A DNA stretch of 56,214 nt, filler included, from Lentisphaeria bacterium (GCA_041690595.1; 10 parts of 10 records of this genome joined end to end with filler, not necessarily neighbours in it), one strand, 5' to 3'. Positions 28,361 through 39,083 are shown, counted from the first letter of the whole stretch. The notes: generated by a model not told the origin, from the sequence alone. Numbers and translations: made by a program.

Positions 28361-28844
28361 GGCCCTGCCAAAATCTCCGTTTCTCCTTCTCGAAGGCTCT
28401 CCGACGGCCCGACCTGAGGTCGCAGTAGGCAGTCTTCAGCACATAATAGTCTCGGCGATTGCCCAGGATCACAGCGAAGTCGTGCGCTTCAGCCCAGATG
28501 ACAACGTGCGTATCGCGCCCACGGCTATTCTCCCACCAACTGACCCCTTCCGCTCCGACATCTGCCTGCCGAACCGCCCATGCGATCCAGCGAATCCGCT
28601 CGCAGCGAGCAATGTCCGGTATTCGGTCCTCTTCGTTCCGGTTGCCAGGGTGCGGCGCCTCCGAAATGACGTGCCAGAAGCTGAAATGCTTGCCCTGACT
28701 TTCCGGTCGATAGGGCGCGGTCACCCGGCACCCCTGGAACCACACATCGGGCTGGACGAAACTCTCGACAAAGGCCTCGTACACCCTCTCTACATAATTC
28801 TGCCAATCTCCGTCAAACGGCAACAACTCGGGCGGTTCCGTCAT
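28350..28844 (-). CDS. Hypothetical DUF3800 partner, possible BECR-fold RNase
   Basis: Overlaps the DUF3800 stop (ATGA). FWHVIS, D..RCERIRW and LKTAY motifs. Confidence 0.7.
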   Translation of the reverse strand: MTEPPELLPFDGDWQNYVERVYEAFVESFVQPDVWFQGCRVTAPYRPESQGKHFSFWHVISEAPHPGNRNEEDRIPDIARCERIRWIAWAVRQADVGAEGVSWWENSRGRDTHVVIWAEAHDFAVILGNRRDYYVLKTAYCDLRSGRRRAFEKEKRRFWQGQKG

Positions 28845-29548
28845 GCCCCCTCCCGAGCCTGCCAGACGAACAGATTGAACTTTCTCGCACCGGGCGGCGT
28901 GGACCGGTCCAGGCCCAGGCCGCTGCGCGCTCTCAGGTGCTGAATCAGTGCTTGCTTGGCCTGGCTGTCCTGAATGCCCCGGAAATGATGCGATAACAAT
29001 CCCGTCAGCACGTCCGCCAGTTGCACCAGCGGCACATCGTGCGAACGCACGGCTTCGATGCTCTGGATCCGTTCGTTATTGAAATCGTAGTGGGCATTGC
29101 ACAGCACCTCTTGCAGCTTGCCCAGCTTTGTATTGCTGTGCGTATCTTTTATGTCTACAAAGATCCGAAACGTATGCTGATCGTCGATCAAGCGGGTCAG
29201 CAGTTGCCACCACATCTTGTAGTAAAACTCATCGTGATCCTGATCGAAGCGCTCATGGTCCAGCACCCGTTTGTTCGGCACCACCACGCCGCGAAAACCC
29301 AGCGATGGTTCATCAAAGAAAAGCGAGACCAGATCGCGATAAAAGGCCAGTGTTGACGGGGCCACCTGTGTCCACTTGATCTCGCGTGTCGCCGAGATGC
29401 CGTGATGCGCTTTCAATGCTTTCATGGCGCGCCCGAGCCTTTTCCGCATATCCGCCGGGCAGGAGACAGCACCCAACACCATCGCGCGTTGATGGTCATG
29501 CTCCAGATGACAGGATTCATCGCAATAGATATGAATCTGGTCGCTCAT
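28841..29548 (-). CDS. DUF3800 domain protein (RNase H-like fold)
   Basis: IYCDESC, EIKW, FVDIK and VQLADV motifs. Confidence 0.88.
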   Translation of the reverse strand: MSDQIHIYCDESCHLEHDHQRAMVLGAVSCPADMRKRLGRAMKALKAHHGISATREIKWTQVAPSTLAFYRDLVSLFFDEPSLGFRGVVVPNKRVLDHERFDQDHDEFYYKMWWQLLTRLIDDQHTFRIFVDIKDTHSNTKLGKLQEVLCNAHYDFNNERIQSIEAVRSHDVPLVQLADVLTGLLSHHFRGIQDSQAKQALIQHLRARSGLGLDRSTPPGARKFNLFVWQAREGA

Positions 29549-30117
29549 GCCGCCGGCTCCGTGGTCTGCGGCGCTACCAGCCGAACCCGCCCGGTGAGCA
29601 GCTGCTGCATCATGCCCTGCTTGATCCGGCGGGCCTTGTCTAGGCGGCGTTCCAGGGCCTCGATTTCGGTGTCCATGTCGGACAGGACGGTCGCGATGGC
29701 GGCTTGTTCACCTTCACTGGGAGGAACGAACAGTTTGAAATTTTGAAATGTTGGCAAGCGCAACGAGTCGACAGTTGCCTTTACCGTATTCCTCATCGCC
29801 CAATCACCAAAGAAATGAGCCATGTAGTAGTACACAAACTTTGATGATGTGCATGGATCGAACTGTGTTATGGCATAGACACGCTGATGAACATCGAACC
29901 GCCCGTTAACATAGTGAAAGATATCGCCAATGCGACCTTCACCGGGGACAACTATCGCCTCACAATCATAGCTGTAGCTATTGATACGCTCAACGAATTC
30001 AGATCGAACATAAAACGGATATCGCCCATCTTTGACCTTATCTTGGTTATTACGGTCACCAGTCTTGATATGTGAAACCTCACCCAACCGCTTCGTCTCC
30101 CACTCGCCGGTGAATCC
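29545..30117 (-). CDS. hsdS: Type I R-M specificity subunit, 3' part
   Basis: W...RLGEV, PP..EQ.AIA.VLSDMD.EI and KQGMMQQLLTG motifs. Confidence 0.93.
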   Translation of the reverse strand, partial: GFTGEWETKRLGEVSHIKTGDRNNQDKVKDGRYPFYVRSEFVERINSYSYDCEAIVVPGEGRIGDIFHYVNGRFDVHQRVYAITQFDPCTSSKFVYYYMAHFFGDWAMRNTVKATVDSLRLPTFQNFKLFVPPSEGEQAAIATVLSDMDTEIEALERRLDKARRIKQGMMQQLLTGRVRLVAPQTTEPAA

Positions 30118-30217
30118 NNNNNNNNNNNNNNNNNNNNNNNNNNNNNNNNNNNNNNNNNNNNTTAATTAATTAANNNNNNNNNNNNNNNNNNNNNNNNNNN
30201 NNNNNNNNNNNNNNNNN

Positions 30218-30318
30218 TCTGAGCTAGACTTTTCCAGTTTTGCGTCCGAGTCGGAACAGGGCCGGGCGAGGGAGCCATGAAGGCATCGAAGTTTTCGGAA
30301 AGCCAGATCGCGTTCGAT
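30218..30318 (+). mobile_element. IS3-family left end and orfA start (remnant)
   Basis: MKASKFSESQIAF at 30277, then truncated. Confidence 0.6.
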
Positions 30319-30670
30319 GCCGTCTTGTAGGAAAGCCCCGTGCATCGCGATAGTTGAAGAGCCGATACGCCCTTCGCCCCGTTGACGAGGATGGCGATCG
30401 CGCCCAATAGCAAGCGCATAGGCTTTGCGCGCAGCGCAGCGTGGACAAACCGGTGCACCGTGCGTTTCTGGCCACCGAAGGCCACAGAACCGGGCATAAA
30501 TCGTCTTCAGCGACAGCGTGCGCGCTGCCGCCGACAACCAAGAAATGTTGTGCCATCGCCGTGTTTGAGAAGGCCGTGGGGACGGCTTGACCGCGTGCTT
30601 CTCACCAGCTTGGCCTGATCGAGGGCGAACATGCGGAGCTGCTGTCGACGGCATCATGACCTACGTCGGT
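30319..30670 (-). pseudogene. IS1595-family transposase 5' remnant, frameshifted
   Basis: MAQHFL/LSAAARTLSL, PVCPRC and AIA.LVNGAKG.SALQLSR...YKTA lie in different frames. Confidence 0.75.
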
Positions 30671-30709
30671 CAAGACAGATTCGCGTTGCCGGGTGTCACG
30701 CTTCACAAT

Positions 30710-31368
30710 CTGCGGTACGCGGCCTCCTCGCCTTCAGGCGGCCACGGTGATGCTGAACCGCGCCAAGCACAACTGGCTGACGGCCTGGGCGCTGAGGGTG
30801 GCCCAGCGGCGCGGGAAGAAGCGCGCGACGATTGGCTTGGCACGACGCATCGGCGTGGTGCTGCACCGAATGTGGCGCGACGGAACTGAATTCCGCTTCA
30901 CCCGTGAGGCTACCGTGGCGGCTACTGCTGCGTAAACACCCATGTCGCTGGAACTTTTCCGAAAGGGATGAACTGGCCGCGCGTGAAGCGCTGGATCTTC
31001 GAGATCCCACGCCGGGACGCGGTCCCCGACGACGCCGATGGGTCGACTGTAGCCGGGGCGATGGCTCCGAGCACGCGTACCAGATGGGCGCGCGGGAACT
31101 GCTCATGGACCAGGCATGATGTGGCGGCCATCGCGCCGACTACGGACGGAAGCATCATCCCGGCTCGGGCAATCAACTCGGAAACAGCAGACTTCGGGCG
31201 CGTCGGCCGGAAAGGTTTGAAACTGGCACATCAAACCGGCACTGGCGCGGCTCCGATGCTTCACGTCCCCGCAGCGCCAGCGACTCCGTCCCGCGAGCGG
31301 TCGATCCGTATCGTGCTGCATTGGTGTGGGGAAAATGGCGCTTGACAACAACCGCCCCATTACGGAAG
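30710..31368 (+). mobile_element. IS110-family remnant: transposase C-terminus plus long 3' non-coding region and right end
   Basis: QAATVML...W...RRGKKRA.IGLARRIGVVLHRMWRDGTEF; TTGACA at 31342 near the end; junction cuts IS3 orfB. Confidence 0.8.
30940..31200 (+). ncRNA. Putative IS110 bridge/seek RNA
   Basis: ATGGGTCGACT (31038-31048) is the reverse complement of the junction/target flank 31367-31377. ACGGAAG (31146-31152) repeats the element's right end. Boundaries are approximate. Confidence 0.6.
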
Positions 31369-32543
31369 TCGACCCATTCGAGTGTCGCGTACTCGACGGC
31401 CTCCAGCGATCGCCACGGCCCCCGCCGTTGGATCACCTCGGCTTTGTAGAGCCCGTTGATCGTCTCGGCGAGCGCGTTGTCGTAACTGTCGCCGACGCTG
31501 CCGACAGATGGCACGAGGCCGGCCTCGGCGAGCCGCTCGGTGTACTTGATCGACACGTACTGCACGCCGCGGTCGGAGTGGTGGACGAGGCCGCTGCCCG
31601 AGACGGGCCTGCGATCGTGCAGGGCCTGCTCCAGTGCGTCGAGCACGAAGCCCGCGTGCGCCGACCGGCTGACGCGCCAGCCGACGATGCGCCGGGCGTA
31701 GGCGTCGATCACGAAGGCCACGTAGACGAACCCGGACCAGGTGGCGACGTAGGTGAAGTCCGACACCCACAGCATGTTCGGCCGTGGCGCCCGGAACTGC
31801 CGATTGACGCGATCGAGCGGGCAGATGGCTGTCTTGTCGGCAATCGTTGTGCGCACCAGCTTACCGCGGATCACCCCTTGCAAACCCATTTTCTGCATCA
31901 GCCGGGCGACCGTGCATCGGGCCACCTCGAAGCCCTCCCGCTGCATCTGCCGCCAGATCTTGCGCACGCCGTAGACGGCGAAGTTCTTGTTAAACACGCG
32001 TCGGATCTCGCGGCTCAGTTCGGCATCGCGCTTGACACGCGGCGGCGCCGCCTCCGGACGCTCCCGGCGACGGACGTGCTCGTAATAGGTCGACGGGGCG
32101 ATCGGCAGTTGCTTGCAGATCGGCTCGACCCCGTACGCAGACCGGTACTGATCGATGAACGCCGTCATGTCTTCGACCGGCGGTCGAGCTCCGCCTGCGC
32201 AAAAAATGCGCTGGCCTTGCGCAGGATTTCGTTGGCGCAGCTCGCGGACTTCGCACTCGAGCTGCTTGAGGCGCTCCCCGCTCGCTCGTCGTCAGACCGG
32301 CACGCTTGCTTTGGTCTCGCTCCGCCTGCTTCACCCATGTGGAGAGCGTCTGGGCCGTGCAGCCGATTTTGGCCGCGATCGAGACGATCGCCGCCCACTT
32401 GGATGTGTGCTCGGAACGATGCTCAAGCACCATCCGAACAGCGCGTTCACGAACTTCAGGCGAGCACTTCGGGGGAGTAGCTTGATTCATCATGGCTCCA
32501 GTCTCTCAAGAGTTGGAGCCTCCGACAAATCCGGAGCGGTTCA
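31369..32543 (-). mobile_element. IS3-family element (orfA frameshifted, orfB interrupted by IS110)
   Basis: Left IR TGAACCGCTCCGG. orfB carries WVSDFTYV, HHSDRG and DNALAE..NG.YK.E and breaks at EWVD. Confidence 0.9.
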
Positions 32544-32545
32544 CG

Positions 32546-32930
32546 CCGCGCGATTTCCATGGCGCGGCTCCTTGTCCTCGCGGTACCCGACACCACATGA
32601 CCGAGCTCAACCGAATAACGCTTCAGCTCCATGGCGATCAGCGGCTCGCCCTTAATGATCGCGCCCTCTTTCGACAACTGGAACCTCAAGGATTCCTGCC
32701 GCTTCCTCAAGGCTGAACCCCTCGACTGAAATCAGGAGATTAGCCTGCCTGGAGACCGGCGTCGGCAAGGGAAGCCTTCGGCGGTCCAGCCCAAAAGATA
32801 GGATTTGAAGAAAGCGCTTGTAGAGAGCGGCCCTCGACGGGACGGCAAGCTCACCAATTCGAAGATGTGCACGAGCTCCTTCATCAGCAGAAGCACGGAC
32901 GAATCCGCCTGCCGCTGACAGCCGCACACA
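32546..32930 (-). pseudogene. phyR: PhyR-like response regulator remnant
   Basis: RQA.LLISVEGFSLEEAA.IL and II..EPLIAMEL......GH.V.G.ART fragments in shifted frames; cut by IS3. Confidence 0.6.
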
Positions 32931-33393
32931 ACTCAGCCAAAGCGACGAAGGTCCGGGATTCGTTTCCGAAGGAGACCTCTGAAACTTGACGTGTCTCCGA
33001 CAGGATCGAGCATACTGGGCTCTCCAGCATTATTGTTCAGCTCGACTCAAGCTGACTGTTAAAGAACGGATATGGGTCGCCTCTCGACAAGAGCCCGAAC
33101 GGGGCTACAGGATCGGGCGAAGCCATTCGCTGCAGGGGACAAAAGTCATAACTGTCCCACCGGTCATCACCGTATTGTCAACTTCGTCCGAGCAGGCCCC
33201 TAGCCAAAAGTGTGAGTTATGCTCGCAGAACCGTTTTGCCTCCACTTTGATTTCGAATTGGCTAAGCGGAATACGGCTTCTCGGCTACAGCATTCAACTT
33301 TGCCAAAGCTGACGCAAGCCTGGCAGATCCACTTGCACGCGCCTGGATCTGAAAGGGTAGACGCTCCCCAGTGGAGCGCATCGGTGCTGGACT

Positions 33394-33672
33394 TTACTGG
33401 ACTGGTGTTCCCGGCAAGGGAACCGAACGGAGCAAAACGCTTGTCGTCAATGCGGATAATTGCGACTGAATGGCGCGCGCACCATGGGGCTGAAGAGCTG
33501 GCGCATCGCACAGGACCGCGTCGAAGCGCTGTCGAAGCTCCGCCAGATCGATGACGGACTTCTCCAAAAGTAAGTCCAAGAGTATCGTCGTCACGGCGCC
33601 GTAAGCAGCCAGGATCTGCTGTGTCGCGTCCAAGTGCGATTCCTCTGATTGATCTGCCGGTCCTCCCATCAA
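33394..33672 (-). CDS. Hypothetical protein
   Basis: 92-aa helical ORF with a GAGG RBS. Confidence 0.45.
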   Translation of the reverse strand: MMGGPADQSEESHLDATQQILAAYGAVTTILLDLLLEKSVIDLAELRQRFDAVLCDAPALQPHGARAIQSQLSALTTSVLLRSVPLPGTPVQ

Positions 33673-34270
33673 TGATCCTCAACTTAATGTTTGCGCAGCA
33701 GGTACACAGCCGAAAGCCATATTGTCTGGGAAGCAAGCGATCAAACACCAAGCTGGGGCTAAGAAGATTCGCCCGCGGCTCCCCCAGCCAGCCATCTCAA
33801 ACTTTAGCTCGAAACGGCCGATTCGATCTTATCCGAGTTCGCAACCGAGCAGGACGGGCAGACAGGTAATCGAGCGGTGTATCGCAACCGATTGGTCAGT
33901 GCGATCAGTGATATCAACGAGCGCACGGTTCAGCTTTGCCGCCGAAATTAGCCGCTCCTGCTCCCAGGTACCGGCTGGGGCAAGCGCAGCGCGATTAAGC
34001 CACTCCTCTGCATCCGAGCGGCACCTTTCAGCAAGACAGACGAACAGCCGGAGCAACCTACATGCAATCCAGCCAGTCGGATGACCATGGGCGTTTGCCC
34101 GTTTGCTGACGAATACCTAAGAAAGCGAACGTCAACTTTAGCCATCCGGTGCGCAGTTGCCGGCACGGGCCGAGCTGAGGAGAGCTGCGAATGTCGGTTG
34201 AGGAGAACGTCACGCGCTTTCGATTGCATTACCTGTTCGGCACCCAAATGATGGTTAGCTCCGGGTTCCG

Positions 34271-34639
34271 CTATGCCGCGTGCGCAGTGAGATCTTTCGA
34301 CTGGCGCTGCTTCACCTCGAGGAGCTTCTTTAGCATGTCATTCATGGCGCGGTTGACGCTCCGGTGCAGGATCTCGAGCGCTTCCTCAGAGACATCGTCA
34401 GGTGGCAGCATTGGACCGCTCAACGTATTCCACCTTGTCGAAACGATATCGTAGCGCGCAACTGTCTTCCAGCGGTTGCGTTTCGATGCGCGCGAGAGCT
34501 CAATGTATCTTTCTATGGCAATCCGGCAGCCCGCATCATCTGAAATAAGCCTGAACGACCAGGCTTTCTCATTGAGGCTGTCACAGCTCACTCGAGATAC
34601 GACAACCCTGCAATTGCCATCCAACATCTCCCCGTTCAC
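34271..34639 (-). CDS. Hypothetical protein
   Basis: 122-aa ORF with natural composition. Confidence 0.45.
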   Translation of the reverse strand: MNGEMLDGNCRVVVSRVSCDSLNEKAWSFRLISDDAGCRIAIERYIELSRASKRNRWKTVARYDIVSTRWNTLSGPMLPPDDVSEEALEILHRSVNRAMNDMLKKLLEVKQRQSKDLTAHAA

Positions 34640-35003
34640 CCGAATCAGTTGTTAGCCGGTTTGCAAAGAAACAGACGATCCGCCAGCTGTCCAGAGTTAT
34701 GCTTCGGACCATGATATCCATGAGCCCGCCGCCCCAGCAACACAATCGAGCAGCGCGGGCAAAACGATAGCCCCGCAACGACTGCCACTATTCACGAGTG
34801 CCCCCTCGGGCTGCCAACCATTTCTGCTGAAGGCGTAGAGCTGCCAGCCGAGCTGTTCTTACGCGAGCAAGTGGTCCCCGGCGCCCGCCCTGCCCGCGAT
34901 GTTTGGGATCTGAGCCCCCGAAAAGAGCCTCGAAGTTGCAGTCGGATTTCGCTCCAGCTGGATGCGAATAGGTGATGAATTCAATGAGCGTGGGAGCATA
35001 GGA

Positions 35004-35618
35004 ATGGATACGGTTCAGCTGCTGCTGGGAGGCTTCGGGACGGTTCTGCAGCCTGACAACCTGATGTTCACATTCCTGGGCTGCTTTCTCGGAACACTCA
35101 TTGGTGTACTGCCAGGAATCGGGCCGTCTGCGGGTACCGCAATGCTCATTCCCGTTGCAGCCGTGCTCAGCCCGACGCAAGCAATCATTATGCTCTCAGG
35201 CATCTACTACGGCACCATGTATGGTGGCACCATCACATCGGTGCTGGTGAATGTTCCGGGGGAAGCGGCATCCGCCATCACCTGCCTCGACGGGCATGCA
35301 ATGGCGAAGAAGGGACGCGCAGGACCGGCACTGGCCATTGCGGCAATTGGCTCATTCATCGGCGGAACGGTTGCAACCCTCGGACTAGTTCTCGTCGCCG
35401 TACCTCTTGCGCAGTACGCCCTCAAGTTTGGACCACCGGAATTTTTCTGTCTGATGGTCGTCGGCTTATCGCTCGTGACCGGGCTGGCGGGCAAGTCGCT
35501 TGTGAGGGCACTTCTGTCAGCCGTGATTGGCCTGCTGATCGCAATGGTGGGAATCGATCCCGTAATGGGCGCACCTCGCTTTACGTTCGACAAGGTGGAG
35601 CTGTTGGACGGCTTCGGT
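35004..35618 (+). CDS. tctA: Tripartite tricarboxylate transporter permease, 5' part
   Basis: GTLIGVLPGIG, YYG.MYGG.I.S.L.N.PGE, DGH.MA..G.AG.AL and FGPPE motifs. Confidence 0.93.
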
Positions 35619-35728
35619 NNNNNNNNNNNNNNNNNNNNNNNNNNNNNNNNNNNNNNNNNNNNTTAATTAATTAANNNNNNNNNNNNNNNNNNNNNNNNNN
35701 NNNNNNNNNNNNNNNNNNCAAGGAAACG

Positions 35729-35792
35729 GGGGTCAGGTCTCACATTCCAACACAGCGCATCAACAAAGCGTTGGATTGTGAGACCTGACCCC
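35729..35792. repeat. REP-like long inverted repeat
   Basis: GGGGTCAGGTCTCACATTCCAAC / GTTGGATTGTGAGACCTGACCCC, 22/23 complementary. Confidence 0.8.
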
Positions 35793-35842
35793 GTCCTTTG
35801 CACATGGTTGCGGCAAATAGGCCACTCGACTGGGACCACCTC

Positions 35843-38800
35843 TCATGGGTTGTTTGTCATAACCGTGGTTCGTCCATCACCTGCATCAGGAGTCAGCAGG
35901 CGCAGGATCAGTAGCGCAAAATCGCGGCCGCGCTTGGGATCTTCCAAGACCTGCATGGCGAGTTTTTCATGGTCGGTCATAGCGTCGAGGACGGTATCGG
36001 TGACGCGTTTGGGGAACAGGCCGTGCATCACCTGTTCGGGGCTGTGGTTCTGGACTTGGGCCATCACGGACTCGTCGCGCCGGATTCGATCGGCCACGCC
36101 ATGGGCGAAGTGGAGCTTATCCTTGTCGCTCACTTCGGCGCCGAAGAGGTCGTTAAGCTGTTCGATGATTTCGGAGAGGCGCTTCTTTTCCGGGTCGTGG
36201 GGCTTGCCGGATCCGACATCGGACACAGGTCTCAGGCCGTCAAAGTCGCCCTCTTCTTCCCTGAGGTTCAGTTGTTGTTCGGCGCGCTTGTTCAGGCGGT
36301 AATGGGTCAGTTCCAGTTCCGAGACGTCGAGCTCGTCTTCTTCGAGGTTCTCCACGCGCAGCAGCGGATGCATTGCGCGGGCGTACACGCACAGTTCCTC
36401 CAGCTCACGGTCCTCGAAGTCGACGATCTGGGAGAGGAACTCGTAGCTGCGCACGAAGCTCTGCAGGTTCTTGCGAAACAGGTCGAGCTCGTCGCGGGTG
36501 GTGTGGGCCTCTTTCAGCTCCTGCTCGGCGCGGTGCAGGCCAGTCTTGTCGCCGTCGCGCTCGGCCTGCGCGTGGGCGGCCTTCCATGTCCGGGTCTGTT
36601 CCAGCACGGCCTTGTAGCGGCTGGTATAGCGTTCCTTCGCGGGCTGGCAGTAGTAGCTAAGCTGGCTGGCATTCACGTTGGGGTTGAAGAAGGCGCGTGC
36701 GAAGTTCTCGACCTCATCCCAGTGATAGATGCCTGAGGCATTCAGGCTGCGCTGCAGGTCGTACACCACATTTGGGTCAGAAATGTCGGCCAGCTCGGCC
36801 TTGTTGTAATACGGGCGGAAGGCTTCGAGGATATCCTCTGCATCGTTGAAGAAATCGAGGACGAAGGTGTTCTCCTTGCCGGGGAAGGTCCGGTTCAGGC
36901 GCGAGAGCGTCTGCACGCATTCCACGCCTTGCAGCTTCTTGTCCACGTACATCGCGCAGAGCTTGGGCTGGTCGAACCCGGTCTGGAACTTGTTGGCGAC
37001 GATCATCACATTAAACTCAGCGGTGTTGAAGGCCTCGGCCAAGTCGCGGCCCTGCAAATCCGGGTTCAGTAGCGTGCTGTATTCGGTCACTTCCTGGGGA
37101 ATCACACCATCCGGCGGCACGGAGCCGGAGAACGCCACCAAGGCATACACACCGCGATAGCACTTCTCCTGGATGTACGCACGCATGGCCAGTGCGTAGC
37201 GCACCGCCTCCTGCCGGCTGCCGGTCACCACCATTGCCTTTGCCTGCCCGTCAAGGAGGTGGCGCACGTTGGCGCAAAAGTGCTCAACGATGACCTCCAC
37301 CCGTTGCGAGATGTTGTACGGGTGCAGTCGCACCCAGCGGGCGAGCTTGGTCGCGGCCTTACGCGATTCCACTTCCTGGTCATCGCCATGGGGGTGCGCG
37401 AGCTTCCAGGCGGTGGCATAGGTGGTGTAGTTCTTTAGCACGTCGAGAATGAAGCCTTCCTCGATGGCCTGGCGCATCGAATACAGGTGGAACGGCTCGG
37501 GCTTGTTGTCGGCCGAGAGCGGGAGATCGGAGTTTGGCGGGCGCCCGAACAGCTCCAGGGTCTTCGCCTTGGGGGTGGCGGTGAAGGCGTAGTAGCTGAT
37601 GCGGTCGGAGCGCCTGCGCGCGGCGACCGCCGCATCCATGAGCTCTTCGGCACTGATCTCTTCGCTCTCCAACTTATCCGCGCCCAGGATCGCCTTCAGC
37701 TTGGTCGCGGATGAGCCGGTCTGCGAGGAATGCGCCTCGTCGGCGATCACCGCGTAGCGCCCGGCGGCCAGATCCGGACGCTTGTCCAATGCATCGAATA
37801 GCGCCGGAAAGGTCTGGATGGTCACGATGATGATGCGCGTCTGCGCGGCCAGCGCCTCGGCCAGTTGCTCTGACTTGCTCTGGTTGCCGAAATCGCGGGT
37901 GATCGGCCGCACCACCCCATGGGCGTGCTCGAACTGGTAGATGGTCTCCTGGAGCTGGCTGTCCAGCACCGTACGGTCGGTGACCACCACCACGGAGTTG
38001 AAGAGCTTCTGGCCGTTCTCGTCGTACAGCGAGGCGAGCTGGTGCGCGATCCAGGCGATGGAGTTGGACTTGCCGGAACCCGCGCTGTGCTGGATCAGGT
38101 AGCGCTGTCCGGCGCCCTCCTCGCGTGTGGCCTCGATCAGCTGGTTCACCACATCCCACTGGTGAAAGCGCGGGAAGATCAGGGCCTCCTTCTTACTGCG
38201 CTTGCCGTGGAAGTCCTCGACCGTCTTCTGTTCCAGATGCAGGAAGCGCCCCACTACCTTCAGCCAGGCATCGGGTTGGAAGACTCGTTGCCACAGGTAG
38301 CCGGTCGCGTAGGAATCCGCATCGGGGGGTGCCGGGTTGCCAGCCCCGCCGTCTTCGGCTCCCTGGTTAAAGGGCAGGAAGAGAGTGTCCCTGCCGGCCA
38401 GGCGGGTGGTCATCGCCACTTCGTACTGGCTTACCGCGAAGTGCACCAACGCCCCGCGCTTGAAGCTCAGCAGCGGCTCGGGTTTGCGTGTGATCGGGTC
38501 CTTTACCGGGCGGTCGCGGCGGTACTGGCGCTTGGCGTTCTCCACCGACTGCTTGAACTCGCTCTTCAGCTCCAGCGTCGCGGAGGGGATGCCGTTGACA
38601 AACAGCACGAGGTCCAGTCGCGGGTTGTACTCCCCGCTGCGTGCATGCGGAGAGTACGGCACCTCCGGCACCACGCGCAGTCGGTTGGCGCGGTAGCGGG
38701 CCAGAGACTCGGGATTCATGCCGTGGTCGGGCTTGAAGCTGCACAGATCCAGCTTCACCCCCGGCGTCTTGATGCCATGGCGCAGTACATCCAGCGCGCC

Positions 38801-39037
38801 GCCCCTATCCAACTCGCGCGTGACCGCGCGCACCAGGGCCCGTTGCGGGTCCTGCGGGTTCTTCGCGGCGAACTTCTCCCAGCGCTCCGGCCAGGCCTCC
38901 TGCAGGTAGCCGATCAGGTCCTCGGTGTACAGGGCGTTGGCGGTGTCAAAGCCGATCGCCGGACCGGTCAACCAGCCATCGGCGGTCATCGCGTCGATGA
39001 TGTCCTGCTGGAACCGGGTTTCCCTGCTGTCCGCCAT
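35843..39037 (-). CDS. hsdR: Type I restriction endonuclease subunit R (second, divergent from the first)
   Basis: DLVLFVNG...ELK, HSAGSGKS, DEAH, FTATP, FQTGFD and QTLSRLNR motifs. Confidence 0.96.
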   Translation of the reverse strand: MADSRETRFQQDIIDAMTADGWLTGPAIGFDTANALYTEDLIGYLQEAWPERWEKFAAKNPQDPQRALVRAVTRELDRGGALDVLRHGIKTPGVKLDLCSFKPDHGMNPESLARYRANRLRVVPEVPYSPHARSGEYNPRLDLVLFVNGIPSATLELKSEFKQSVENAKRQYRRDRPVKDPITRKPEPLLSFKRGALVHFAVSQYEVAMTTRLAGRDTLFLPFNQGAEDGGAGNPAPPDADSYATGYLWQRVFQPDAWLKVVGRFLHLEQKTVEDFHGKRSKKEALIFPRFHQWDVVNQLIEATREEGAGQRYLIQHSAGSGKSNSIAWIAHQLASLYDENGQKLFNSVVVVTDRTVLDSQLQETIYQFEHAHGVVRPITRDFGNQSKSEQLAEALAAQTRIIIVTIQTFPALFDALDKRPDLAAGRYAVIADEAHSSQTGSSATKLKAILGADKLESEEISAEELMDAAVAARRRSDRISYYAFTATPKAKTLELFGRPPNSDLPLSADNKPEPFHLYSMRQAIEEGFILDVLKNYTTYATAWKLAHPHGDDQEVESRKAATKLARWVRLHPYNISQRVEVIVEHFCANVRHLLDGQAKAMVVTGSRQEAVRYALAMRAYIQEKCYRGVYALVAFSGSVPPDGVIPQEVTEYSTLLNPDLQGRDLAEAFNTAEFNVMIVANKFQTGFDQPKLCAMYVDKKLQGVECVQTLSRLNRTFPGKENTFVLDFFNDAEDILEAFRPYYNKAELADISDPNVVYDLQRSLNASGIYHWDEVENFARAFFNPNVNASQLSYYCQPAKERYTSRYKAVLEQTRTWKAAHAQAERDGDKTGLHRAEQELKEAHTTRDELDLFRKNLQSFVRSYEFLSQIVDFEDRELEELCVYARAMHPLLRVENLEEDELDVSELELTHYRLNKRAEQQLNLREEEGDFDGLRPVSDVGSGKPHDPEKKRLSEIIEQLNDLFGAEVSDKDKLHFAHGVADRIRRDESVMAQVQNHSPEQVMHGLFPKRVTDTVLDAMTDHEKLAMQVLEDPKRGRDFALLILRLLTPDAGDGRTTVMTNNP

Positions 39038-39083
39038 GAATCCGTCCTGTCGTCTGTCGTAATTGCTCGAGCCATCCGCAAAC

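Noticed and set aside
28153..28371. N-terminal extension of ORF 27913-28371
   Set aside because: It runs through the sRNA and promoter region; the RBS supports the start at 28152.
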